Assembly: GCA_045133095.1 (NCBI GenBank)
Contig: JBGUTP010000004.1
Span: 142,873-206,872, forward strand
DNA length: 64,000 nucleotides
Reading direction: 5' to 3'
From: Candidatus Enterousia sp.
GTDB lineage: Bacteria; Pseudomonadota; Alphaproteobacteria; Rs-D84
In this document: piece by piece, positions 18,266 through 27,268 of the stretch
Numbering within the stretch: the stretch's first letter is position 1
Layout of the letters: each line of letters starts with the position of its first letter
Notes under the pieces: generated by a model
Told to the model about the DNA's origin: nothing
Databases searched by the model: none
Seen by the model: only the letters and a program-made list of their open reading frames with translations
Position numbers and translations under genes: made by a program

Positions 18266-19828
18266 TTACTTTTTTGATGTTTGCCTCTGTTTTTCTATAT
18301 TCTTAAAATATTCATCCCATGGAAAAGGTTCATTTTGATTCCACTTACCCATTCCTTGTGCGCTTGTTGAAGATATTGCAGAATCCTTAACTATATTAAT
18401 GGGAATAATACCATCTGGGCACTCTATTTCCACTATTGTTGAAGATATTGCAGAATCCTTAACTATATTAACGGGAATAATACCATCTGGGCACACTATT
18501 TCCACTATTGTAGATTCAACATTATAATCATTGTTTTTTAGCGCCCGCAAATATAATCTTAGTTGTTCCTCACAGTATTCAAGATATTTTCCGTTTATAT
18601 TCTTTCCAGTTTTAAAATCCGCTAAATACTGACATATATTATTTCTTATAATCACCAAATCACACCTTCCTTTCACTCCATCTAAACTAACAGAAAACTC
18701 TGTCTGCATCCCTGCCTTTCTGCTTAAATGTCTTGCGATTTGCCTTGAAACTTTCTCCTTTAAATCATCATAGGACATGCGGCTACCATCTTTATAATAC
18801 TCAGCGAGTTCAGCATGTACACGCTTTCCTAATTCTGTATTATCATCACTAAAATCTACATCTGAAATTCCAACGATTTTTTTTGCTGCCTCGCTAATAG
18901 TTTCTGCATTTATCGCCTCTATCTGAACCAGTTTACAGGTTTTGATATCCGTACTTTTTTTTGATATTAGCTTATTTTCAATCAATTTAGAACTTGGTTC
19001 ATCGAGTTGTTTTTTTATCGAATCCGATGACGTTTTATCTTTGAAACTACTGGCTTCTTTATCCAGAGTGCTTATTGCCTCCTGATCTTTATGCGTTTTT
19101 TTGGAAGGTATTTGTTCAGAGACACCATAATACCTCAAGCCTTCCAAAGGATGTTTTGTTTTGCATTTTTTCAGATTTTTATTATACGCATTATCTATTT
19201 TTTGTAAATACTTGCCACTTAAGCACCTCTTGTATTCCTTTAACTGCTTCTGGATCGTTGGCTCAAATAACCTATGCTTATTATTAACAATAAAACCTAT
19301 TGCTTGTTCTGATGCCTTTTCGAGATAATATTCTAAAAACTGTTGTTTACTTGGCTCTGGCAGCAAATTGATACTTTGCTTTATCTTGTTATGTTTTTTT
19401 TTGCATAGTACCCCAGTAAGATTATCATCTATAAACCGTTCAATCAATAAACACAACAAACTTTCATAATACTTAACAATGCTCTTTTTATCTTTGTTCT
19501 GTAATTTTTCTATATTACGCTCTATCTGCTTACGTACCTTTTCATTAAGTAAATCGTTCTTTCTGATATATTTTTTTATCTGTCTGCTTAAACAAGAAAA
19601 ATAATAACTTTTTAAGTTTCTTTTATATTTCTTATTTGACTTAGTTAATAATTTTTTGATCATTCTAGCATCAGCTTCTTCCAACAAATTAGCTTTTCTT
19701 ATAATTCTTTGTGGCACAGAACAGTTCAAATACCAGAATATAATAGAATATAATCCCAGAGTAATCACATTTAAGAAAGCGTTATTATTGTTTTTTGTCA
19801 TATTATCTCCTCTTTTGCGGCTCTGCAT
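18266..19828 (-). CDS. Hypothetical protein: N-terminal TM helix, Lys-rich middle, 24-aa tandem repeat, RecB/Cas4-type PD-(D/E)xK nuclease motif
   Basis: N-terminal LNVITLGLYSIIFWYL is hydrophobic. GRCDLVIIRNNICQYLADFKTGK resembles the D...(I/A)D(Y/F)KTG RecB-family motif. IVEI(V/E)CPDGIIP(V/I)NIVKDSAISST occurs twice. Confidence 0.5.
   Translation of the reverse strand: MQSRKRGDNMTKNNNNAFLNVITLGLYSIIFWYLNCSVPQRIIRKANLLEEADARMIKKLLTKSNKKYKRNLKSYYFSCLSRQIKKYIRKNDLLNEKVRKQIERNIEKLQNKDKKSIVKYYESLLCLLIERFIDDNLTGVLCKKKHNKIKQSINLLPEPSKQQFLEYYLEKASEQAIGFIVNNKHRLFEPTIQKQLKEYKRCLSGKYLQKIDNAYNKNLKKCKTKHPLEGLRYYGVSEQIPSKKTHKDQEAISTLDKEASSFKDKTSSDSIKKQLDEPSSKLIENKLISKKSTDIKTCKLVQIEAINAETISEAAKKIVGISDVDFSDDNTELGKRVHAELAEYYKDGSRMSYDDLKEKVSRQIARHLSRKAGMQTEFSVSLDGVKGRCDLVIIRNNICQYLADFKTGKNINGKYLEYCEEQLRLYLRALKNNDYNVESTIVEIVCPDGIIPVNIVKDSAISSTIVEIECPDGIIPINIVKDSAISSTSAQGMGKWNQNEPFPWDEYFKNIEKQRQTSKK
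18366..18509. repeat. 72-bp tandem direct repeat (2 copies, near identical) inside the 18266-19828 CDS
   Basis: gttgaagatattgcagaatccttaactatatta(a/c)(t/c)gggaataataccatctgggcac(t/a)ctatttccactatt recurs with period 72. Confidence 0.8.
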
Positions 19829-19926
19829 GTGGCATATCTGCTTTCTGTAGCGATAGCGCCACAGATTTCATCTTCGCTTTGGCTCAACAAGTTTTGAATG
19901 CTGTGTTTGTAGAAAATGCACTCATT

Positions 19927-20313
19927 TTACTTTCCTTTGGTTACCAGGGTTTCTGATACAATCAAATCTGCTGGCAATTGTGGATGGGATGGCAAGTCTG
20001 GGACTGGCACCCAGTGCATATCGTCGTGGACGCGCAGTTGAATTTCACCGGTATAGGATTTGATTTCGTATGTGTGCAGTTCGATTACCTTGCCTAAATC
20101 CGTTGTATGTTTTGCAATGGTAATCAGGTCGCCGATTTGTACATCTATCCCCAACTCTTCAGCCAGTTCACGTTTCAGGCATGTTGGGCCGTCTTCACCA
20201 TCTTCAAATTTACCACCGGGGTATTCCCATTCACCCGCAAAAGGTTGGGCCGCCGCCCGTCGCATCAACAGAACTTTATCCCCATTTCTAAAAATCGCAG
20301 CAGTTACTTTCAT
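19927..20313 (-). CDS. mutT: NUDIX hydrolase (MutT-like), copy 2
   Basis: Nudix box GGKFEDGEDGPTCLKRELAEELGI. About 90% nucleotide identity to copy 1 over most of the gene, diverging at the 3' end. Confidence 0.8.
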   Translation of the reverse strand: MKVTAAIFRNGDKVLLMRRAAAQPFAGEWEYPGGKFEDGEDGPTCLKRELAEELGIDVQIGDLITIAKHTTDLGKVIELHTYEIKSYTGEIQLRVHDDMHWVPVPDLPSHPQLPADLIVSETLVTKGK

Positions 20314-20457
20314 AACAACATAAGATTAAACAAATTGTGCAAATATTTCAATGAAATTGACTTGAATTTTATGGATATTGACCTATATCAATAGTGTCCG
20401 TTGGGGACAGAGTTTTAATTTCCAATTTTTATCAAACAACAGCCAAAGGAGGCAAGC

Positions 20458-21015
20458 ATGACACAAGTGTCAAGTGCGGTTGATGTGCTGTGGAATTTGT
20501 ATCTGAGGCACCCGGAAAAACTGAGTAAGGTTGACTGGGAATACCTGATACGGAATCGAGCAGATGCATTAGTACGCGAAATACTGATTAAAGATATGCG
20601 CGAACACATAAAGCCAACACAAGATAAACATGAACAGCAATGGCTGATAGCCAACCAGGAAACTTTGCAACACATTGGACAATGTGTTGCGGACGGTGGG
20701 GCGGTCGCATACATGGACCTGATTGCGGCAATTGATGCGGGGGTGGATATAAATATCCTGAAATACCTGATATCAAAGTGCGACAACATAAATGGGTGTG
20801 ACGAAAATGGGCAGACAGCCCTGCATCACTGTGCGCAGAATTATGTTAGTTTGGATTTGATGAACGAATTACTAATCGCAGATGCAAACAGTGCCGCACA
20901 AGACCGACACGGCAAAGAGGCCCGCGATTACCTGGACAAAGATGTCTGGGGAGAAGACTATGTGACGGCATTACTGATGTTGCGTCCATGCTGGACATAT
21001 TTTTATGACGAATAA
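20458..21015 (+). CDS. Ankyrin-repeat-containing protein
   Basis: NGCDENGQTALHHCAQNYVSLDLMNELLIADANSAAQDRHGKEARDYL fits the ANK consensus G-TALH-A...LL..GA. A second degenerate repeat lies upstream. Confidence 0.5.
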   Translation: MTQVSSAVDVLWNLYLRHPEKLSKVDWEYLIRNRADALVREILIKDMREHIKPTQDKHEQQWLIANQETLQHIGQCVADGGAVAYMDLIAAIDAGVDINILKYLISKCDNINGCDENGQTALHHCAQNYVSLDLMNELLIADANSAAQDRHGKEARDYLDKDVWGEDYVTALLMLRPCWTYFYDE

Positions 21016-21267
21016 AACAGATTTCAATACATGATTCGGTTGCAGAAAATGAAAATATTTGATTTTTGCGAATAAGTATGATACAATTTTATGCACAAGG
21101 CGGTAAACACAATAAACGCCACAACCGCCGTAAATTAAGAACCAAATTCAACCGCAGGTTGTATTTAGAAACATATTCTTTTTTTTACTTGTTTTTATCC
21201 CGCGTTTAAGGAATAATTACATACGCATTTTGATTTTTATTCCTGTACAACGAAAGAGAGAAAAAAC

Positions 21268-21528
21268 ATGAATCATCAAATACTGTGGGCGGCAATATCT
21301 AAACTGGCAAAAGAACAGGGGCTGACCTGCTCGGGGTTGGCAAGGCTTAGCGGATTAGATGCAACAACATTCAACAAAAGCAAGCAATTTTCGCCGGACG
21401 GTTCGCCACGATGGCCGTCGTGCAATACTATTGCCAAGGTCATAAACGCGACCAATATTTCAATTTGCGATTTCGCAGCAATATGCCTGAGCGAGAAGGA
21501 AAGACTTGCCAAAATAGGCGAACAATAA
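21268..21528 (+). CDS. Ner/Nlp-like small HTH DNA-binding protein
   Basis: 86 aa. The GLTCSGLARLSGLDATTFNKS...PRWPSCNTIAKVINA pattern resembles Ner/Nlp (HTH followed by a PxWP...IAK segment). Confidence 0.4.
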   Translation: MNHQILWAAISKLAKEQGLTCSGLARLSGLDATTFNKSKQFSPDGSPRWPSCNTIAKVINATNISICDFAAICLSEKERLAKIGEQ

Positions 21529-21560
21529 AAACGCCCCGCAATTTGTATTTGCAGGGCGAA
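21526..21560. terminator. Bidirectional hairpin terminator
   Basis: cgccccgcaa-tttgtattt-gcagggcg stem-loop flanked by A/T runs, between convergent genes. Confidence 0.4.
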
Positions 21561-21572
21561 TGGGCGCAGAAG

Positions 21573-24500
21573 TTAGAATTCATACCTGAAGTTTACACGA
21601 CCGGTTTGAGATGTGTAATCTGAACGCGCTTCGATATCATAATGCAACGAGATATCAAAACCCATGTAATTCATGCTGACACCAATGCCAATTTCATTGG
21701 CTATTCGCGACAGACGTTCACCACCAAGAATATAAGCATTAACACCAGGCATCGCAACCGTTATGTTGTTATCATCAGACACTATATCATACTTAACCGC
21801 ATAGTGGATGTTTGGACGAACCGACCAACCATTGACAAAGTACAAATCAAAAGCATATTTCGTACCCAAAGATGCAGTCAAATAATCAGCACTGTCGATG
21901 CTGTTTTTTACGCCCAATGAAGTGGTATAATCCGTTGAGTTTAGATGAAGGTAATGAAGGGCGACCTCTGGTGTGATACCACCAATAAAATTATACCCTG
22001 TGGCAAGGCGCGCACCAAACATATCTATGTCATAATCCGAAGAAACGCCAACACCAAAAACAGACCCGTCTTCGGTATAATCAGACATAGTATAGTTCAT
22101 GACCGCGTTTGCATACCAGGCACTTGGTTTGTATTGACCGTAAACAAACATAGTCGATGAATCTATGTCCGTGTCGCGTGAAGAACTGCGGATATCAGAA
22201 TGAGAATACATGTAACCTATCCCCAAAGTCCAAACGTCATTAACCGTGCCATCAAACCCGGCGGCAATGCCACGAGTATAACCATTAAAAGCACTGTTTA
22301 ACTTGGTCTTGTTGTATAATCCCTGCGCCCAGATGCCACCAAAGTCAAGTTCCGCATCGCCACCACTGCGCCCAATGCCAGACATAGTAACACGGTCCGA
22401 TATCAGGGATGCTATTGTATGCTGAACCGATTGCCCGACGGATTGAACAATCCCGGACTTTTCAGGATTAATCGCAGAACCTGCCTGTTCTACGTCGCGC
22501 AAATCAGCAGATGTACCAGATGCCAATTTTTCTTGGAACATCACGGAAATATTATTTAATCGTACAGACGATGAATCAGAGGCACCCGCAATTGCACGCG
22601 CCGTATCGTCAGTCAGATTGTTTTGAGCGGCTATGTCTTCTGCGGATTTGATTGTCGCAGTAACATCGCCACCATCCCAAACTAAGTCATAAACAGAACT
22701 GCTGATGTCAACATTGTTAAAAACTTGATTTCCAAACACCTTGTATGTTCCCGCCTTGTCAAAGGACAATTTTAGTAACCCAGTACCCGTAAAGCCGTCG
22801 GCATTGTTGACAGTTATCTGGGCGTTGTCGTTACTGCGCAAGGTTGCAAGCATCGTTCCATCAAGAATTATTGCGCCCTGGGTTATATCAGATGTGCCAA
22901 TATCAACCGTCGCGCCAGATGCAATGCGCAATGTACCCGTTCCATCAATGCCGCCGTCCAATATCGCATCACCATTAAAATTTACCGTACCAGAATTATA
23001 AATATCATTGGATGTGCCGCCTGCGGTGTTACCAGAAAATGTAGCGTTGCCGTTAAAAGTCACCGTGTCATTGTTATACAATGCACCACCCATGCCGACA
23101 GATGAATTGTTTGCAAATGTTGTATCGCCATTGAAAGTAATCTGGGCAGAACCTGTTGAACCATCACTTGCCGATACAAAATTCCAAATCGCACCACCAT
23201 CTAGTTCAGACTGATTCCCAGAAAACTTTGTTGTACCATTTATGATTATTTCAGAATCTTGACCGGCACCATCAAAGGCACGCGCCACTATCGCGCCACC
23301 GTATGCCGCAGACTGATTTGAAGTAAAAGTGTTTGTACTGTTCGTGGTGCCAATAACCAGGGTGGCAGTACCTGTGTTCCCGCGGTTATGAATTGCACCG
23401 CCACCACTTTTGGTCGTTCCTGCATCGCGCGCGATATTGTTTGCAAAGATGTTTTCTTGGCCAGCGATTGTTAAATCTGATGCGTTAAAAACAGCACCGC
23501 CATAACCTGCGTCAGATGCGTTTTCAGAAAACGAAACGCCGGATGCCGACAACATTATCTGACCACCATTATCCAGTGCGCCCGCGCTGCTGGACGTTGT
23601 GTTTGCAGAAAACAGAACGTCGCCCGATGTGTTTACGGAAACAGTACCTGAATTTTTTAAGCCGCCACCATTACTGCCGGTATTATTGGAAAAAACTAAA
23701 TCGCCGCCGGTAACAGACACCGTGCCTGTGTTGACCAACGCGCCATTGTATGTGTTAGTATTATTATCAAATGTTGCGCCCTTGGCAAAGGAAACAGTGG
23801 CGGTTGATTTATTGTTTAGCAATGTGCCAACACCTGTATTTTGGGTAAAGGAAACAAAATCCCTGAACGCGACGGAATTTGCAGATTCACCAATATAAAT
23901 GGCGGACGCGCCGGCGGCACTGTTTTTATTAAAAGTCACAGCCTGTTCAAAAGTTGTGTTGCCGCCCATAATCGCCAAGGCTCCACCATTTGCGGTGGCA
24001 CTGTTGCTTTGAAAATCTGCGGTGCCATTAAATATCATGTCGCCAGCCGAGATAATTGCGCCGCCTTGGGATGCGGATTGATTCCCAGAAAATTTAGACA
24101 TACCATCAAATACAATCATACCATTGCGATGATTGATTGCACCACCGCCGGCATATACACTGTTGGATACCCCTGTCACAGAATTACCAGAAAAATTCGC
24201 GTTGCCATAAAAAATTATATCCGGGTTCGTTGCATTACCTAGGCCATAATTAAATATCGCACCACCACCATTGATGTTGTTTGTGCCATTGCCAGTAAAA
24301 GTCGAACTGTTGGCGAAGACTATCTTGCCACCTTGGGTATAGCCTGTACCAGTCGTCGATGACAACCAACCATTTCCAATAACGCCGCCCATTCCACCAT
24401 TGTTTAGCGAATTGCCGGCAAATAACGCGTCACCTTCAAACGACAAGACAACTTCAGGAACATCTTGCATATAAAAAACACCGCCGTTATTTGCCGTTGT

Positions 24501-24650
24501 TGATGCAATGTTTTGCGCGACAGCATCTGTGTATGTTGTATTTTCTGAAATTACCGTACGCCCCGAAATAGTTTCCGACATCGCAGGCATTATAAATAAT
24601 GCCGGCAACACAGAAACACCAAACAAAATATTTTGAAAAGAATTTTTCAT
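21573..24650 (-). CDS. Autotransporter outer-membrane protein with Pmp-like (GGA[ILV]/FxxN) passenger repeats
   Basis: Signal peptide MKNSFQNILFGVSVLPALFIMPAMS. Many GGAI/GGAL and F(S/A)xN motifs. The C-terminal beta-barrel ends ...VNFRYEF. Confidence 0.8.
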   Translation of the reverse strand: MKNSFQNILFGVSVLPALFIMPAMSETISGRTVISENTTYTDAVAQNIASTTANNGGVFYMQDVPEVVLSFEGDALFAGNSLNNGGMGGVIGNGWLSSTTGTGYTQGGKIVFANSSTFTGNGTNNINGGGAIFNYGLGNATNPDIIFYGNANFSGNSVTGVSNSVYAGGGAINHRNGMIVFDGMSKFSGNQSASQGGAIISAGDMIFNGTADFQSNSATANGGALAIMGGNTTFEQAVTFNKNSAAGASAIYIGESANSVAFRDFVSFTQNTGVGTLLNNKSTATVSFAKGATFDNNTNTYNGALVNTGTVSVTGGDLVFSNNTGSNGGGLKNSGTVSVNTSGDVLFSANTTSSSAGALDNGGQIMLSASGVSFSENASDAGYGGAVFNASDLTIAGQENIFANNIARDAGTTKSGGGAIHNRGNTGTATLVIGTTNSTNTFTSNQSAAYGGAIVARAFDGAGQDSEIIINGTTKFSGNQSELDGGAIWNFVSASDGSTGSAQITFNGDTTFANNSSVGMGGALYNNDTVTFNGNATFSGNTAGGTSNDIYNSGTVNFNGDAILDGGIDGTGTLRIASGATVDIGTSDITQGAIILDGTMLATLRSNDNAQITVNNADGFTGTGLLKLSFDKAGTYKVFGNQVFNNVDISSSVYDLVWDGGDVTATIKSAEDIAAQNNLTDDTARAIAGASDSSSVRLNNISVMFQEKLASGTSADLRDVEQAGSAINPEKSGIVQSVGQSVQHTIASLISDRVTMSGIGRSGGDAELDFGGIWAQGLYNKTKLNSAFNGYTRGIAAGFDGTVNDVWTLGIGYMYSHSDIRSSSRDTDIDSSTMFVYGQYKPSAWYANAVMNYTMSDYTEDGSVFGVGVSSDYDIDMFGARLATGYNFIGGITPEVALHYLHLNSTDYTTSLGVKNSIDSADYLTASLGTKYAFDLYFVNGWSVRPNIHYAVKYDIVSDDNNITVAMPGVNAYILGGERLSRIANEIGIGVSMNYMGFDISLHYDIEARSDYTSQTGRVNFRYEF

Positions 24651-24799
24651 ATATCGTCCTTTTTTAAAGATTGCCCGTTTCAGATATACAATTTATTTAC
24701 AAAAAAGTAACTAGGCACCTTTTCATGTTTTTACGATAAAAATCCCCCACAGATTGTGAGGGAGAGCTAACATACCAAAAAAAGGAAAAGAGAGAGATG

Positions 24800-24982
24800 C
24801 TAACGTGTGAAACTTAAATGACCATTTTCGTCATAAACATATATCGTAGAACCACCACGACGCACGCTGACGCTACCACTGGTGTAGCCCATCAATTCAC
24901 CGCTTTGTGTGTACTTTAGATGTCCTCTTTCATCATATACATAAATCAAACTTCCGCTTTGTTTTACTGTTCCAATCGCCAT
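24800..24982 (-). CDS. Small protein with two YD/RHS-like repeats
   Basis: AAGGAG lies 6 nt upstream of the internal ATG. The repeats are SLIYVYDERGHLKYT and STIYVYDENGHLSFT. The ORF track gives a longer TTG-initiated version to 25063. Confidence 0.35.
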   Translation of the reverse strand: MAIGTVKQSGSLIYVYDERGHLKYTQSGELMGYTSGSVSVRRGGSTIYVYDENGHLSFTR

Positions 24983-25096
24983 GTTAAACTCCTTTGTTTG
25001 GGTTGGTAATGTTATTATAAATACATCACACGACAAAAATGGTCGTAATAAAAAACCGCCCAAAAACGGGCGGAAATTTGACCTACCGGGGAAAGA

Positions 25097-25624
25097 CTAT
25101 CTTCTTTTTTTAACTGCTTTTGATGCAGTCTTGGCGCGAACTGTGGCGGCACGCTTTGTATTGCGTTTTGGGATTACTTCGTCATCGGTTGCCATTATAT
25201 CTAAATCTAGTTCGCCGTTAGCAACATCGATAATGTTATTTACATTACGACGCAAATTTGGATGACGATCTGCGTAACGCTTGATACCGAACAAGACCGC
25301 CGCAGTTATTATCTTTTCCATATCATGAACACTGATATTTTCAGTTATCTTGCCACGAATAGCGCCCATGATGTCATGAACCGTATTTTTTGCACGACGG
25401 ATAAATGAACGACGACGACGAATTCTGATAATCTCGGCAATCCACATCCAAATCAGAATGAAAATCAGCGGAACAATTACACAGAACAGAAAATAGCGAT
25501 ACCAGCTGTCACAAAACGCAGGAAATAATATCGAATCGCACAGACGTTGAAAATGCAATATCGAAACCGCAATCATTTCGTAAACAGCCAAAACAGTAAA
25601 ACATATTTTTGATTTTAGTAACAT
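25097..25624 (-). CDS. Hypothetical membrane protein with basic C-terminal tail
   Basis: Two hydrophobic N-terminal helices, an RRRR patch, and a C-terminal KRNTKRAATVRAKTASKAVKKRR. Confidence 0.4.
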   Translation of the reverse strand: MLLKSKICFTVLAVYEMIAVSILHFQRLCDSILFPAFCDSWYRYFLFCVIVPLIFILIWMWIAEIIRIRRRRSFIRRAKNTVHDIMGAIRGKITENISVHDMEKIITAAVLFGIKRYADRHPNLRRNVNNIIDVANGELDLDIMATDDEVIPKRNTKRAATVRAKTASKAVKKRR

Positions 25625-25726
25625 GGTGAAATCCTTTGTTTAATACAAAAATATAATGCCTTATTTGGCACTTTTTTTCACCAGGTATGAATTCCGTTTA
25701 AAAAACCCGCACCAAGGCGGGTTTGT

Positions 25727-26497
25727 TTATTCATTGTCTGATTGTTCTGTATCCGACACAGGCGCATCATCTGATTCCCGGCGTTGTTCCACAGCGCGGG
25801 CAACAGTTTCAATTTGCAGCAATTGATTTTCCAGCGCGGCACGTTCCGAAGACTTGTAACCTGTTTCATCATCCGCAGATACCGCGCCCCCGTTTGACGT
25901 TTCCGCCTTTTTGGTACCAGAAACCGCAGGATTTATCAGATTATTATAAATCTCTAGTGCTTCGTGAGTGCCAGCCATATCACGTGCCAACAACTTATTT
26001 TCCGGCCCAGGAAAGAACCAATCATCTAACTTGACCGCAGTAATTTGCATTATTGGACGGGTACGCGCCTGGGATATCCATTGGGGCAAAAATGGCGTAT
26101 CAGAATAGTACCACAACGCCCCCCAATACACAATCCCCATAACAACAATACCACGAATAATTCCAAAAATTACCCCCAAGGTCTTATCCGTAACGTTCAT
26201 GATGCTGTCTTGGATTCTGTCACGTAATTTCTGATTCAAGAAACCAACCAACAACAATACCGCAAAGAATATGATAAAATACGATGCAACCAAAGTCCCA
26301 ACAGTGGAATCAGACAAACTGAACCAACGTTGCAAAACACCGTCCAGCCATGGGGATGCAAATCGGGCAGAAATTGCCGCCACAACCCATGACAACGTTG
26401 CGATTGTTTCATAAACGCCACCACGAATTGTTGCCCATATCGTGGACGCCAAAATGACGCCCACATAAATATAGTCAAGTGTTGTTAAATCAAACAT
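25727..26497 (-). CDS. cvpA: CvpA-family membrane protein
   Basis: The N-terminal DYIYVGVILASTIWATIRGGVYETIATLSWVVAAISARFASPWL matches the CvpA pattern. Multiple TM helices and an acidic C-terminal tail. Confidence 0.6.
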   Translation of the reverse strand: MFDLTTLDYIYVGVILASTIWATIRGGVYETIATLSWVVAAISARFASPWLDGVLQRWFSLSDSTVGTLVASYFIIFFAVLLLVGFLNQKLRDRIQDSIMNVTDKTLGVIFGIIRGIVVMGIVYWGALWYYSDTPFLPQWISQARTRPIMQITAVKLDDWFFPGPENKLLARDMAGTHEALEIYNNLINPAVSGTKKAETSNGGAVSADDETGYKSSERAALENQLLQIETVARAVEQRRESDDAPVSDTEQSDNE

Positions 26498-26528
26498 AGT
26501 CGTTCCGATTTACAGGTTGTTTATACGA

Positions 26529-27140
26529 TTATTTCTTTTTGTCCTTGCGAACCAAAACATAGCCAAGACCCGCGACCAATACAATCAACAGACCCCAGAA
26601 CCAAACAACACTGCCGCCTTGTTCGTTTTCGTCAGATGCAGTCGCCGCCGCTTCGGATTCAGCAGGTTCCGCCGCTGCTTCGGCAGCAGGTGCAACTTCG
26701 GCAATTGCATTAGCGCGGTCCGCATGCGCCGCCTTGAACGCTTCGGCATCAGCAGCCAGTGCTTCTTTGTTTGCAGCAGCCGCAGCCTTTTGTTCGTCAT
26801 TCATGTCGGATTCGATATGCTGACGCAATGTGTCCTGCATAAAGTCCGCATAACCCTGTTCACATTTGTCGCCGATTACCAATACTGGTACACCACCGGA
26901 TTCAAATTTGCACTTGTCCAATGCAGCCTGAAACATTGGCAGGTTCGCCTGGTCCATAACGTTTACTTCTGTGACCTTGATATCTGGGTATTCATAGACC
27001 AGTGTGCTGGCAATAAATTCACGCGCGTGGTGACAATGTGGACATGTTGGGGAATAATATACCGTAATGTCAGCAGCAGATGCCGCACCAATAAATGACA
27101 AGCCCATAACAGCCGATAAGATAGATGTTTTTTTCATTTT
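26529..27140 (-). CDS. Secreted thioredoxin-fold thiol-disulfide oxidoreductase (CPHC) with Ala-rich linker and C-terminal TM anchor
   Basis: Signal peptide MKKTSILSAVMGLSFIGAASA. Active site SPTCPHCH. The Ala/Glu-rich repeat region is followed by WFWGLLIVLVAGLGYVLV. Confidence 0.6.
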   Translation of the reverse strand, partial: KMKKTSILSAVMGLSFIGAASAADITVYYSPTCPHCHHAREFIASTLVYEYPDIKVTEVNVMDQANLPMFQAALDKCKFESGGVPVLVIGDKCEQGYADFMQDTLRQHIESDMNDEQKAAAAANKEALAADAEAFKAAHADRANAIAEVAPAAEAAAEPAESEAAATASDENEQGGSVVWFWGLLIVLVAGLGYVLVRKDKKK

Positions 27141-27268
27141 TACTCCTTTCGATACGGTGATTATAGAAAATATTTTTATGTGTGTGCAAGTGCTTTTTAA
27201 TAAATCATTCCTGTTGCTTTTAACAGAAAAATATAACACCATGAAATAAAAAAATAGGAGAAAAACAC

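Noticed and set aside
21642-24242. Multiple 60-130-aa plus-strand ORFs (21642-21920, 22741-23001, 23008-23214, 23599-23898, 23841-24242)
   Set aside because: All lie antisense within the autotransporter CDS. The repetitive GGA/Asn-rich coding sequence yields open antisense frames.
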